From assembly GCA_964187785.1 (NCBI GenBank), contig OZ076409.1, forward strand, positions 48,486,001 to 48,550,000: a stretch of 64,000 nt of DNA, written 5' to 3'. Made by a program: the position numbers and the translations under genes. Under the pieces are notes generated by a model. That model worked only from the letters and a program-made list of their open reading frames with translations, had not been told where the DNA came from and searched no databases. Shown here piece after piece: positions 22,901 to 35,583 of this stretch. Numbering within the stretch: position 1 is the stretch's first letter; the number at the start of each line of letters is the position of its first letter. The DNA comes from Amphiscolops sp. MND2022. Its lineage: Eukaryota.

Positions 22901-25900
22901 TCGGGAGCTGATGTTCATCGGTCTTATCAGTGCTTTGCTTGATCTGTAAGAGAATATCGATGTTCGGGGTGAGAAGCCATTCCAAAGATCTGAGGAACTC
23001 GGGACCCAGGAGCCAATTGCTTCCCGTCAGTGCATCAATTGTCAGTCCTCGAGTGCCCGCGTCAGCTGGGTTCTTATCAGTGTCTACATGGAACCACTGA
23101 TCAACTGTGCTGTTCTCTAAAATCTCTGCAACTTTATTTGCGACGAAAGTCGGCTGTTTCTTAGAAGAGTTGAGCCACTGGACCACGATGGTACTGTCGG
23201 TCCATAAAAAGGTTCGAGTGATATTAAGTGGTAGCGCTTGCTTAACTTGGTAACTAAGCCTTGCAGCGAGCAGCGCTGCCTGCAGTTCAAGTGTCGCCAC
23301 AGCGTTTTCATTGGCGCCACGCGAGCTTTAGCGAAGACAAAACTCACATTCGTGTGTGTTGCACCTGCTATCTTACCGCGAAGATAAGCAACGGCGCAAA
23401 AAACTTCTGCAGAGCTGTCACCAAAGACATGTAGTTCAATATCCTTTGGTATGCCTGGGAAGAAGGACCTCTGGATTGAAAACTGCTCAAGCTTTGGCAA
23501 TGCGCTACACCATTCCAAAAAGCGGTGACTAATATCATCGGGCAGATGATCATCCCAGCGTTGACCGTTGATGAGCCTCCATATTTCCTTCAGCAAGAGA
23601 CGAGCTTTGATCGTGTAGGGTATGATGAGGCCAATATGGTCAAAGACCGCTGAGACTACGCTCAACATAATGCGCTGAGTGATTGGTTTCGTACAATCTC
23701 GACTACTGATTCCGCAGCTAACTTTCACTGTATCATGTTTGTATTCCCACTTGAGCCCAAGAACATGGGAAGCGTCGCTTGACTCGTTAGAAATGTCTTT
23801 CACTGCTTCGACTGCGTCATTGTTCGTTGAGTTCAATTCGTTAGCGAACTCGTGAATATTACTCACGACTTTAGTTAAATTGAAGCCATCCAGCTTCAAC
23901 ATGGTAACAAGTTGCTTGCTCAAATTGAAGGCTTCACTTTCCGACTGTACAGAAATTAGGAGGTCGTCCATATAGAAGTTTTGCCTTGCGCTTAGAGATG
24001 ATGTCGCGAAGGATGCTAATGGTAACAATCCCACTCGCTTGCAAGTCGGTAGACGTCCTGAATGCCACGACGTTGACAATAAACGACCGCCAAAATTTGG
24101 TGACGATAATTGAGAAGGTTTTCAACAAGTTCGGAAGGGCTAAGAGGGCGGTTGTTATTCGAGGGATGATTTGACACTGAGTTATTTATAACGTCGTGCC
24201 AAAGAGTAACTTGTTGAAATTTCGCGGAGTTGTTCAAGTAAAACTGAACTGTCTTTCGAGCATTCGTGGCGAAAGGATTCAGACTAAGTCCGCGTATGGC
24301 GAGAACACTTTTTTAATTATTTTTGAGTCCGCTTGTTCAAGGAAAGTAGTGCGTCATCGAGGGAGCTAGCACCGAGGACGAACATCAACGGGCGACAGTA
24401 CTCACGTTTCAAGTGTTTCGTTTGCCAAAGTTGAAAGTTTTTCTTTTCGGGATGTGTGTTGTACCGTCAACACTGAATGAAAATTTACAATGAAATAAAT
24501 ATTTAAAGGAGTTTGAGTTTCAAATGTTTCTCGTTAAGCTGATTAAGCTAATTGTTTAGAGTTTTGAAACAGAACTAAAAGTTTTTCGGAATAATTAGAA
24601 AGATCGAACAGTTTTTTTTGTCGGAAGATAAAGGGAATTTCGGTCAACTGAAAAGGTTTAGCACCAGGCGGGAATTCCCTGCATAATTCACTTTGACTGC
24701 ACTTCGCCCAGTCGGATCGGGTTCGGGTTGCCAGCTTAAGTCCAGTCACCAGTGGGTCGCGGCACCAGAAAATGTGCTCGTCTTCACGGTTGAAGTTAAT
24801 ACGGTTGTCTTTCAAGAAGGTTTTATTAAAAGAACAATGGTTAAATGTAATGTTAACTGTTTTGCACAATGAAGGTCCTGTGACAAAAGAAGTATGACGG
24901 CAAAACACTCACTTTATATGAGTTGTAAACAAAAGCTTGTTTACGGAGTACTAAAGGTCAAACGTACTAGAATCGGGAGTACTGTACGGTACGAATTACG
25001 TAACCAAAGTCACGTGATACGGCGTACTACATTTTCGGTCAAGGTCAAAACTAATCAATTGTCTTTTAGGTCGTTGAGACTTTGCATCAGCAACACATTG
25101 GTTGTGGTTATAACGAATATCAAATTTAATGGAGTAGTTACGATGAATCTGCTTAGTTAGCTTAAATCTCTGTCGTTAATAACGTACTCAGGTTGGCCTC
25201 CATAGAAAACATCTAGATCATAAAAAGTCATAAATTAATTATTGTAATTAGTTAATTTTTAAACTTTGAGAGCGGTAAAAATATTGGAGGGGACAGCTGC
25301 GGTCTAGAAAAATGCTTTTCTCCTAATGAAAGCGTCAAAAATACACAAATTCATTTTCAAAAAGGCTGCACAGTGCTGAAAAAATCCAAAAGAGGGACCC
25401 CTTTACACGTCAAGATATGCAAACAGATATTAAGTCGTCAACAGGCATCGGGCTGGGGAAGCGGGCATCCTAACTACTTGGGGGCGTGAACAATCCCTGT
25501 TCATAAAGTGGACGCTACGCACACCTTGTGTGGTCTGACGAAAAAAACTAGTCACTGTTATAGTCGAGCACATTTCTTACAAAATGCGCCGACTGAAAAC
25601 ACTGTAAATGTTTTCCTTCACAGCCTTTGTCGGATCTGCATGTCAGTAGTTGCTAATATAATTTCAGGCCCTCAGGATAGTGTTCTTTGTGGCTTTGGGA
25701 GTGTATGCCTTGTATCTTCTCTTTCTCGTCATCAGAGCCTGGACCGAACTCACCTCCCTGCCCTATTTTGGTTAGTATAGAGCTCTTTCTCTTTTTCCGC
25801 TTTTAATCAGCACTTGAACGAGAAAAGCAGATTGATCTCCGTTTATTTACTCGGAATTTGAAATCAAAATCAACTTTCATCAGATATGCATATGGTATTC

Positions 25901-28900
25901 AGCTTTTACAAGTCCATTTTTAAAATAAATTCGTGTCATTTTTGCTATCTTGCAATAATTTCAGCATCCTCTGTGCTCTGTAAGTTTTCGTCGTTATAAA
26001 CATAATTGAATTTTTAATGTCACTACTTTCAATAGCTAGACCCATTTATGGTGTAAAGTATTTTTTTATTGAGAATGATTCATTGCACATTTTTAACTTG
26101 GTGTGTTTGTACTCGTTATGGAATGAACTGTTTTCAATTGAAATTTTAAACATTCTTTCATAAACCATCAAAATTTACAGCTCTCAAATTGTGTAATAAG
26201 TATATTGATTTTGTATTTCTACCTGTTTATGATAGACTCGTTTTCACATCTATCTACTCAGTATTATGTTGATTTTATGAGCTAGTTAATTTTGAAATTC
26301 GCCTTTAAATTAAAATGAGACTACCAGGTAGCCTGCAACTTATGAAACTTTATGTTTAAAGTTTTTGATATAACTCAAATCTGTTCTTGTTTTTAGTCGG
26401 CGCATTTTATCAAAATGAGCCCGACTATTACAGTGGCAAGTTTTTTTCCTTTTTTTTTCGTCAGACCACAGAATGTATGCGTAGTGGACACATTTTACAG
26501 AACTACTAAAGTACTGGATCGGCAAACGGGGAGCGCATTTAAGATAGTGCAAAGGGTCCCCCCTTTCAGTTACTCCATTTTTATCGTAAGATACAAAACC
26601 GGACGAGACTATAGGGTTTCCCCTTTGAGTTTTTTTCGGCACTGTGCGACTTTTTTCGAAAATTTTTTTGTCTTCAAATTTTTTGATATTTTACAGCAAA
26701 CTGAAGTTTCAAAAAGCCCAAAAGGCCCCTTTCAAGTTTTTCGGCACTATAAGACTGGCTCAAAATTCTTATTCTTCGATTTTTCGTTTTCGAAAATTTT
26801 TCAATGTCTCACAAGGGTCCCCCCTTCAATTTTTAAATCCCCCCTTCAATTTTTTAAAATATTAGCAACATAATAGATATTTGAAAATCCCAAAGGGTCC
26901 CCTCTTTTAGATTTTTCGGCACTATGAGACTGTTCAAAATTGTCATTTTTGTCTGAAATGAGGTTTTTTCAATATATATCTACCAATAATTTTTTCCGAA
27001 ACTTGGACGTAATATCCTGAGTAAAGCGCTATATCCGAATTTGACGTTATATCCAAATTATATTCCGTTTTACCAAGGAGGAGGCGGATGTTCGAAAAGC
27101 GCTCCCATTTGTCCCAGCACGCTATATCCGAAGTTTGAGACGTTACACCCCGCAACAAATTGGGTTTTCAAAAAACCCAAAGGGTCCCCCCCCTTTAACA
27201 ATTTCAAAAAGTTTGAGCTTTTTGAGCTTTAGATATGGCGCCGACATTAGACGTTCCCGTCTTGTTGATATAACCCTTGAGTCTGTTCTGACTTGACCAT
27301 TCTGTTCCAGATGTTCGGCTGCGTTTCCTAACTCTTCTCACGGTAGTCGTCATCATTGCCAGGTAAACGCTGCAAAATAGTTCTAAAAAATAGAAATGAA
27401 ACTGGTTCGTCCAAATTCTTTGGTTGTTTTTAGCTGCAGTTTGCTGTTCATCCGGTACGGACTGCGTATGACGGACAGTGAGACGTTCGCAGGCAGCATC
27501 ACCAGTCGGTACTCAAACTCGGCCGAGTTCCTCTCCCTTTACTCTCTCCTCAACTTCTACATCTACACCCTCACCTATGTATACTCACCCTCTAAAAACG
27601 CATATGCAGGTTGGAACAGGTCACAGTTGTTGGAAATGGTGATGTATTCCCACGTATCTAAAATAGTTTAGCAACTGATTTTTTCTATTCCGCAATTATG
27701 CCCCATCCGATCTGAAAATAGAAAAAGTAGCTGTGAACAAAAATGAATTAATGCACTTCAAAGAATCAATGTTAGAAACATTGGTTTTTTGGCCACTTGT
27801 CTGCAAATGATGTACCATAGCTTGCTATGGGGAGATAGTATCCCTCGAGGCCGTTAATTGAAATTGGGACGCGGATTTTGTTGCGCTATTTTATTGCATT
27901 AATAGGATTTGCATTTACATGTGCATATGTTGTTCATTGTGAAGACAACCTGTTTTCTTGTTCAGATGGTCACTTCAGGGATAATCCTGCTTTCTCCATG
28001 CTCAACGACGACTCAGACGACGATGTAATTTACGGGTTAGACCAATTGAATAGATTTTGTATAATCGTTTTTCTGACTCAACTATAAACTGATTTAATGG
28101 CAGAAGACCAAAAGATTCAATGCAGTGAAGTTTAATGTATAGAAACCTCATGGGGACGTGGTTAAATCATTCTGGTATATATTGGCTTTCTACTTAACGG
28201 TCACTTAGATTGCTATTAGCGCAATTCCTTATTAGACCTGCATATAAGAAGGCCATATTATAAAAAAAGATATGGCGTTGATTATATCCGGGATCCACTT
28301 AACTGGATTGTTGTCTTTTATAAAGTTATATGGACTCAAGGATCAATGGTTTAGCGAAGTTAGAAAATTTTATTTGCGTATAAATTTATCAGTAAAAAAA
28401 TCTATAAGCAATTTTCGGTACTCCTGACTAAGTGTGGTCCCTACAAAATTTATGCAGCCGGCCTGAAAACTCCTGACTAAGTGTGGTCCCTAGCAAATTT
28501 AGAATAGCAAACAACGTAAAGCAAACATTACATGTAGTTCAAAACAGCAGAATTCAATTTACTAGCTTTTAGTGCTGTTACAGCCAATATGTATGGAACT
28601 TGATTTGAAGAGGTTAGCATATTTGTTGTATGGCTCGGTCGCTTCGCTCCCTTCGCCAAGTAGCAACATTGAGGCATGACCATATGGCACGTCGCTTCGC
28701 TTCGCTCCTGCATTTAGGGCACTAGGGGTATGTGAACATAGCTGACTACGTTATAATAATAATTCCGACAAAATATGCAGGGACCACACTTACATTATAG
28801 GGACCACACTTAGTAAGGAGAAATGGCTTGGGACCACTTAGTCAGGAGTACCCAATTTTCAAGAGTAATTTTTTTTTGAGAAAACTTGCTTGAATGAAGA

Positions 28901-29953
28901 GACCGTGTACCAAAAGCCTGAAACCGTTGAAAAATTCGTGAACGAAGTTCTAGTTCTATCCATGAACAATTGCACACTTTTTGGTCGTCAGTCTTGTGCT
29001 TTCACTTCAAATTTTTTGTGGTTGTAAATTAGTTGAAGAAAGTAAAATGATCTACCTGGTTGGCGATAGTGAAAATGGAGATTTCGCGATTAGCGGTTAA
29101 AATTGGCAGTCAACCCTGGTTCACTAATGCGACAACACCCACGTGATATCACTCTTGTTCTTAATTGATTGTTAGGCAAAGCTGTCATGGATCGGGATCT
29201 AAATTCAGCACAGTCAAACATTGATCCTCTATCAGTTACCTTTTTATTTACCTTTTTCTATCAGTTGTATTTAATTTCTGATTGCTTCAGTTGAAGTACC
29301 AAAAGTAATGCCACATTTTTCCGATTTTAGCGGGTTGAAAATAAAGTTTGTTTCTGGAATCGAACCGCCTGAGTATGTATTGAATATTTCGATTCAGTTA
29401 CCTGTGCCATGTGTAGATTAGATCGATACTGATGTTGCCTTTCGACAATGTTGTGAAAATTATAAGTTTCAATGCGTTGCCTTGTTCAAAGCTTAGTTTC
29501 TATCGAGTGGATTGCCTGAATTAAGTCGAGAACTTTCCTCTGTGATTTCACTATTGCATGTTTTCCTGTGATTCCCATCGATTTTTTCAGTGCTATACAA
29601 GATGAATATTTGAAATTTGCGTAATTTGTGAAATTTTATCTGTTCATTATTTTTATGTTGAAGAACAGTATATTTATGCTGAAAACTTCTGATGTCCGAC
29701 ATGTTCAGTCTTGAACGCATGAGCATGACATTTTCCCATATCAACATTTCCATGGCCTTCATGCATGCGTTTGTCTCGAAAATTTGAAAGTTGTCTTGAC
29801 TCACCAAATGTAATTTCCTTGTCGAAGCTCTGTAAATAAGCTTGAAAGTTTATATCTGTGATCATTTGGCCTGTACTCTTCAGGGGTAAACTTGGAGCCG
29901 GTATGATCGGAGGTCAACGAATGGGTGAAAAATTGATGAGTGATTCCGATTGA
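16923..29953 (+). CDS. TMEM181: Transmembrane protein 181 (GPR178; Wntless-related) orthologue, 13 coding exons, ~491 aa
   Basis: Exons 16923-16963, 17221-17324, 19352-19419, 19488-19578, 19776-19897, 20011-20130, 20199-20338, 20716-21034, 25668-25770, 27311-27362, 27434-27609, 27966-28035, 29884-29953, all phase-consistent. Recognised TMEM181 segments: MKLYSLTKRE, NQQLYL, LEIWFRF, FAHSMRKFSMKDWTIEQ, LLPLLLLYNNP, NSAEFLSLYSLLNFYIYTLTYVYSPSKNA, DNPAFSMLNDDSDDDVIYG, C-terminal SDSD. Confidence 0.93.
21059..25095 (-). mobile_element. BEL/Pao LTR retrotransposon, internally deleted, antisense in TMEM181 intron 8
   Basis: LTRs 21059-21384 and 24773-25095 (TG...CA; about a dozen differences by eye). 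5-bp TSD CATTG at 21054-21058 and 25096-25100. PBS TGGTGCCGCGACCC (tRNA-His-like) next to the right LTR on the minus strand. Confidence 0.95.
21354..24000 (-). pseudogene. Frameshifted BEL/Pao pol remnant (RT C-terminus, RNase H, integrase, C-terminal domain)
   Basis: FYMDD, LHVFGDSS, KARVAP, LELQAA, H..H...CFVC, GVDYSGP, SDNGTNF, PHHGGSWERMV and RPVVKL, spread over four frames. No gag or protease is recognisable. Confidence 0.9.
25290..25600 (-). mobile_element. HINE-like element (partial)
   Basis: Minus-strand 5' end TTTTCAGTCGGCGC...CTCGACTATAACAGTGAC, similar to the start of 26391. Confidence 0.6.
26391..27266 (+). mobile_element. Complete HINE/DINE-1-like non-autonomous Helentron-type element
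   Basis: TTTTAGTCGGCGC sub-TIR plus hairpin (...GCCCGACTA), internal TTTTCGGCAC and ACGTTATATCC repeats, 3' sub-TIR GGCGCCGAC, then ...CGTTCCCGTCTTGTT. No TSD; T-rich ends. Confidence 0.75.
28417..28852. mobile_element. MITE-like TIR element (GGTACTCCTGACTAAGTG) with an 8-bp TSD, possibly Merlin-like
   Basis: 18-bp TIR GGTACTCCTGACTAAGTG / CACTTAGTCAGGAGTACC, subterminal repeats, and TSD CAATTTTC at 28409-28416 and 28853-28860. Confidence 0.88.
28562..28763 (-). mobile_element. ~200-bp Helitron-like core, copy 2
   Basis: On the minus strand it ends GCTGTAACAGC (hairpin)-ACTAAAAG-CTAG|T, a Helitron-type 3' end. No clear 5' TC. Confidence 0.6.
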
Positions 29954-32609
29954 AAGTATGGGCTACTGAGCAATCTAGGCTCGAGCCTCGCCAACATCCT
30001 TCAGCTACAGTGGAGTGAGAGCAAGTGTTTCACTACTTAACAAGGAACTACAGACGTGCAATTTAATTTCCTTAAAATTATCAATAGATCGATATCAAAC
30101 TATTAGAAAACAATTAGAAAAGCGAAACTTGAATAAAAACATGACGGATGAGAATGAGTTCAATCATGTTATCTGTTGGTCTTGCTTCAGAATATCTAAT
30201 TTAGAGTCTGCCGTGTTATTACTCGAGAATTTTAAAAATCAATTCAAGGAATTTTCTCTTTCTTGAGAAGTGAAATTGAGCGTTTATAAACAGTATAAAA
30301 ATTCTAAAGTCCTAACGTAGCACGGTGGAATAAATAAAAATATTCATGGTGTTATGTCAATTATAGAAGTTTCACAAATGAATTATTGGAGAATGGAAAT
30401 GAAAAATTTGTTAATGTTTATTGTTGTAAATTTTGGTAATTTTGTATATTGTTCGGAGATATTGAAGTACGAATTTCCAGTTGTGTAATTTAGTAAACGA
30501 TTGACGTCATTTGGTTGTGGTTTTTGTTATTTTCAATTCAACTTGAAAGCTTGAAGTCTCTCACAAAAGCGTCAGTAATTCTTATTATTTCTGCTTTAGC
30601 AGGAATATTATTGAAATCTCAAAATGTCTACTTTTTTTCAGTACAATTCTTGGCACGATACTGAATAATTCAGATATTTTGTTCGGCAGTGACTATAAGC
30701 GTAAGAATTAAATTTCTCAAGCTGCCGACGACAATTCAATTCTCGTGCGATGAAACCAGCGAGTGGTAATTATGCATTCGTATGCTGACGTCATTGAGAT
30801 GAAGCGAGCGAATGTTCGTAATTGTGCTTTCGTTGCGCCGAGTTATTGAGATGAAGCGAATGAGTGTTAATTATTCGTTCACGGAGAGCTTCGCCTGCAT
30901 TCAAATATATATTTGCTTTAGTCCGAGATTTACTACTAAAAGACTGAATTGATTCTAGTCAGATATTGATTCTAGAAAGAAATACTTGATATTCACATAA
31001 ACAGATTTTTTAAACAACAGATTTAAGGGCGGTATAAACTGGTACAGTGCTTAATTGTGCGCTAAGTAATGATTAAACAGGAGTGTATTGGTTTTCCAGA
31101 TATGGTTCTATTATTAATGAAAGATTAAAGCAGAAATAGATGTGTGCCCCGGAGAAGCCTATTTTCCGAAAATGATAAATAAGAGTTCCAGAGATATGCC
31201 GATCAAGAATTTATTAAATTTTTAGATTGAACTTCGAAGCCAGATTTTAAACAAAACACTGCGATGTCCCATAAAACGATGAACGAAGGAAGATTTGCGA
31301 ATGAAATGATTAAAAGTGGTAGTTAGCTGTATACAGTAGCGTTCTACAATATTGCAACCTCACACCTAAAAAAATAGCAAAATTCAAAACCAAATATCTC
31401 GTAAACTGTCACGAATGTAAAAATTTGCCAGCGATAAAAGTTTCTTTGAATTTTATCTAGTTTACAAAAATGTTTGTTTGAAATTTCTGCGACAAAAATG
31501 ACAAAAGTTAGAAATTGGAAATTTTGACATTTCATCAAACTTCCACATTTCTTAAGCAATGCAGTTGCAATATTATAGAACGCTACTGTAGTTGAATAAC
31601 AAATTGGACAGCAAATGTCTTCATCCACCTTTCTCGACTTCAAAGGTTTATGGTCTGCTAGAAATGAAACAAACGGTCACAGATTGAGAAATACCCTCTG
31701 TCATCGTAATTTAGAGTTTTTTGAAGTCGGAAAAAATTTTGACAACTTACACGTACTTTTTTACTCCCAACCCTTCAATGAAACTTCCAAGTTTCTCAAA
31801 AATTGTCCATAGGTGTTTTTTAAGTTTTATAGTGTCATTTTACATGCAAAGGTTCTGCGTGCGCAATGGCTTCAAACAGTATGACTGGAATCTGAGAAAG
31901 CAAAATAGTCCAAAAATGACAAAGTCTGAACTTGATTTTCATTCAATCTTTTTAACCGTCTCGGACATGCAGCTCTGGTTGAAGAAGTCATTGTAGGAGC
32001 GTTTTGTTTACCTTCTAAATTCAGAATTTGATCGACACTAATTTTTTGGGAACGAAGCATAGAATGGGAAAAATCTCTATAGCTCTCGATAGCGTTAAAT
32101 CGATTAATCACTGGTCTGAACCCAGAAAATAGACCCGTCTGATGATGGGTTCTTCAAAAGGCTCGCTGAGTATTTCTAAAACACTAAAAGCAAGCTTTTG
32201 CGAAATCCTGATATCTTTGTGGAAAAAATAGTTAAAAGGTTTTGCAATTGTCGAAGTGTGGCTGAACCACGGTGAAGCCGATTTTTCAGTCGGCTGTCTG
32301 AGCCACTCTCGTCAGAGTATGGCTTTGATACAAGTGAAACATCTTTGACGTATTTTCTCAGTTTCGTGAGATAAAATACCAAATTAGAGAACTTTTCAAT
32401 TTTCGTCAAAATAATGAAACCAAAAATGTTTGAGAAAATTATCCCAGTCTTTTTGAATTTCTCCAAAAAGAAAAGATTTTTTTCGTATCTGTCAGGGCAG
32501 TAGATTTTGTGGTTCGCACCGCAATTCGCCATGAAATAGAATCGGTACAAATTTACAGCTTGCTAGCTATACTATTAATTACATTGCGCAAATGTCGATA
32601 GTCGTCAAT

Positions 32610-32865
32610 ATGGCGCTACGAGCTAATTCACCAGTTCCTGGACTCAATTATTTCTGGCAAGAGGCGGAAGAACCCCCAAATTTTGAGTGGGAGCAATGAG
32701 TGCTAATGTTTGGAATCGCAGTGTTGGCCCGCCATTCCGTTTCGATATCAAAGTTGACACGAGAAGCCAATCAATAAAACCTCCGATTTGCTGCACTGAT
32801 GGGAAATCTTGAAGATGAGCCAGCAAAAAGGAAAGTGACCAGCTTGCTGTTCATCTTTATTTTGA
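32610..32865 (+). pseudogene. Decayed LTR-retrotransposon gag N-terminal fragment
   Basis: PBS-like TGGCGCTACGAG, then a frame with two stops: LNYFWQEAEEPPNFEWEQ*VLMF...ALMGNLEDEPAKRKVTSLL. The family assignment is by resemblance only. Confidence 0.35.
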
Positions 32866-32882
32866 AATCATATGAAAACTCG

Positions 32883-33415
32883 AACAATCCGGAAACGGCA
32901 TAAGTCGGTGCCATATCAGAGACGAAAAAATAGCAAAAGGACATAGTGTCAAAAGGACTTAGTGTCAAGTAACAAGTATTCTTTTAGCAATACTCGAAAA
33001 ACCCAAAAGTTGAACCGAATTTGTGCGCCGGGGACCCTTTCGCATTTTTTAACATCCATTGTTGCAAAACATCAAAAAATTAAAAAGGGGACCTTTTGAT
33101 GAAAAAAATTTTTCCAAAAAATGTCAATGCCGAAAAAACTGAAAGCGGGGACCCTTTGGAATTTTTCATCATCCATTCGGTCGCAAAACATCGAAAATTT
33201 TAGAGGACCCTTTTGACCCTTTAGTCTCTCCCGGTTTTGCCTGTTACGCGGAAAAAGAGGAAAAAATTTTTTGGATCAGTTCGCTAGGCCAAATGATTCA
33301 GTTTGGGACCATAAAATTTTGTAGAACTTTCAAGAACTATTTTGGTCAGTTCGTATGGATTGAAAAAAGTCACTATAATTAGTCGCGTTTAACTTCATGA
33401 AGGGCCGACTAAAAA
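32883..33415 (-). mobile_element. Complete HINE-like element
   Basis: Minus-strand 5' TTTTTAGTCGGCCC...CGCGACTA hairpin, and 3' GGCACCGACTT...CCGTTTCCGGATTGTT. Confidence 0.7.
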
Positions 33416-34516
33416 TGATCTCTCATGGTATATATGAGGGTTTTTTATTTTTTCGGAGTTTATCAGCCAATATCTCATAAACTACTGGTCTCAAGAAATC
33501 CCAGCTCATATTTGTAGCCTTTACATCGTTCTCTAACTTTCACATTAAAACTTTTCTGAAAATGTTTTCTTGAAAAATTAACAGCTAAAAATACTTCTAA
33601 ATCCGTCGGAGCACAAAATTAGGCAGTAAAGTTTTAACGTGCGTTATTTTGATAAATTTTGCAGTTTAAATTCTTAAGGAGGGTGTTTTGAAAAAAAGTG
33701 AGATCTCATCAAAAGTTCAACGTTTGACTGAGTTGTTAATCATTACGAACAGCGGTTTTCGGGATATTGCATGATAAGCTTCATAAATTGCCAAAAATCA
33801 AAACAAATTAAGTAGTACAACGTTTGATTTCAAATCAAACATACCCTTCAATTGTGATCAAACTTTGAGAAAATTTTTCGCCAGGGACTTATGTGTCAAT
33901 TCATGAAGTAAAAAGTTATTGCGTTCTGGAAACTTTGGTCATCGAAATCTAGTGTCTTCAGATAGTTGGTAGCCTAGTGTACTTTTACTGAGGCTGAAAT
34001 ATGTGCCTGATTTTTTTCTGAAAGCCTCCCATCCCAAATATGGGCAAAATATGTGTTTAAAATTGAAATTTCGAATAAACATATTTGGCATATGCAAAAT
34101 ATCATTTCGATTGTTTGATTCGATTGTCCAAAGGCCCATTAAAAAAATTTCCAACGTAACTCTTCAATATTAGCAAGTCTATTTTATCCGGTAAACGTTT
34201 TGAGACTTTTGAACTCTAGTATTTCCTGAGCGAAGATGCTGATGTGATTGTCAATTTGGTCCCTTTCGTCTAGATTTTTTTTCGGAGTAATGTAATTTTA
34301 AAAAAATGCCAAAACATATGGTCACATTTGTTTACGATTTTGACTCGAATATGTGAACATGTAATCAATAGTGCGTCAGATTTTATTCCTATGTCTATTA
34401 TACAAGGAAAGGAAATATTGAAAGTTAATAGGGAATTCGAAACACGAAAAAACGACTGAAATTTTCTATGAGATTTGTGCTAGGTTATTGTGTTTCAAAG
34501 ATCAATGAATATGATA

Positions 34517-34800
34517 CGGGACAAAACAACAGATTTTGAAATGAGGCACGAAATCGGATTTTGAAAATGGTGCAATTTAACCAATTTTCAAAATGAAACA
34601 AACTAACGGCCACTCTTTCAATACAGGACAAACTGGCCGATTTTCAGAACGAAACAAAATAGTCCCTTTGAAATTGAGACAAAAAGCCGATTTAGAAAAG
34701 ATAAAAGAAATCAGCCAATTTGTTTCAGGGTTTGCACTGAGTCGGGAATCTGCTACTCTATCGCGTTTTGAAAGTTGGCTGTTTTTTTATTTTAAACGCT
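34517..34800. repeat. Degenerate copy of the 11632-12104 foldback family
   Basis: Decayed GGGACAAAACA..GATTTTGAAA units and one inverted TTTTGAAAGTTGGCTGTTTT unit. Confidence 0.55.
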
Positions 34801-35220
34801 AAACGCAATGACCATTTTGACTCTTTTGCCTCGTTCCCCTTTGACTGAGTTTCTGACTCCCTGACTCCCAATCACTGAGTTTTTTTAATGCTCCCAATAA
34901 AATTTACTGGGTTTGCACTTCAACTAAAATAATTCACAAAACTGAGATAGTTGCGAGACATCCGTTTTGAGAAATGTATCTAATTTATAGACATTCAATT
35001 CGATAGGCTCTATTACGAAAAGTTTTTGGAAAAAGAACTTTTTGATGCACAGAATTTTAGCAGTCGTTCTACTGAAACTCGACCTGGTCGTTTGTTTCTA
35101 ACACTTTTGAGGAAACGAGGTCAGCGCAAGGAAAGCTGTACGGATCATTGAAAGGTCCTACGGACAGTGGTAAGGAAGGTAATCTCTCAGCCGGCGTTTT
35201 TCCAAGCTTTGCCATCGTCC

Positions 35221-35583
35221 TTTTTAGTCGGCGCCTTTTCCCTTAAGGAAAAAAGCCCGACTCTTACAGTGAGTAGTTTTTTTTTTTCAGTTGACAATCT
35301 CACTCTGAGTGGTCCACTTTTCTTACAATTTTTGTTCATCTTTCATATTTGTTCATCTTTCATCTTCGACCCAGCCGGAGAGCGTGGGTTCGAATCCCGC
35401 ACTAAACCATAAATTTTTTAATGAGTTTTTCGGCATTGTGCGACCTAAAAAATACTTTTTTTCGAAAAAAAATCAAAATTTTTTTTTGAAAAAAATTTTT
35501 TTTCCAAATTTTTCCAATAGTTGTTCCTTGAATATTTTTGAGCCTAAGATATGGCGCCGACTTGGGACGTTCCCGTCTTGTTT
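35221..35583 (+). mobile_element. Complete short HINE-like element with a box-B segment
   Basis: AGTCGGCGCC (35226) is exactly inverted at 35552 (GGCGCCGACT). 5' hairpin partner GCCCGACT; 3' hairpin GGGACGTTCCC then GTCTTGTTT; GGTTCGAATCC at ~35387. Confidence 0.8.
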
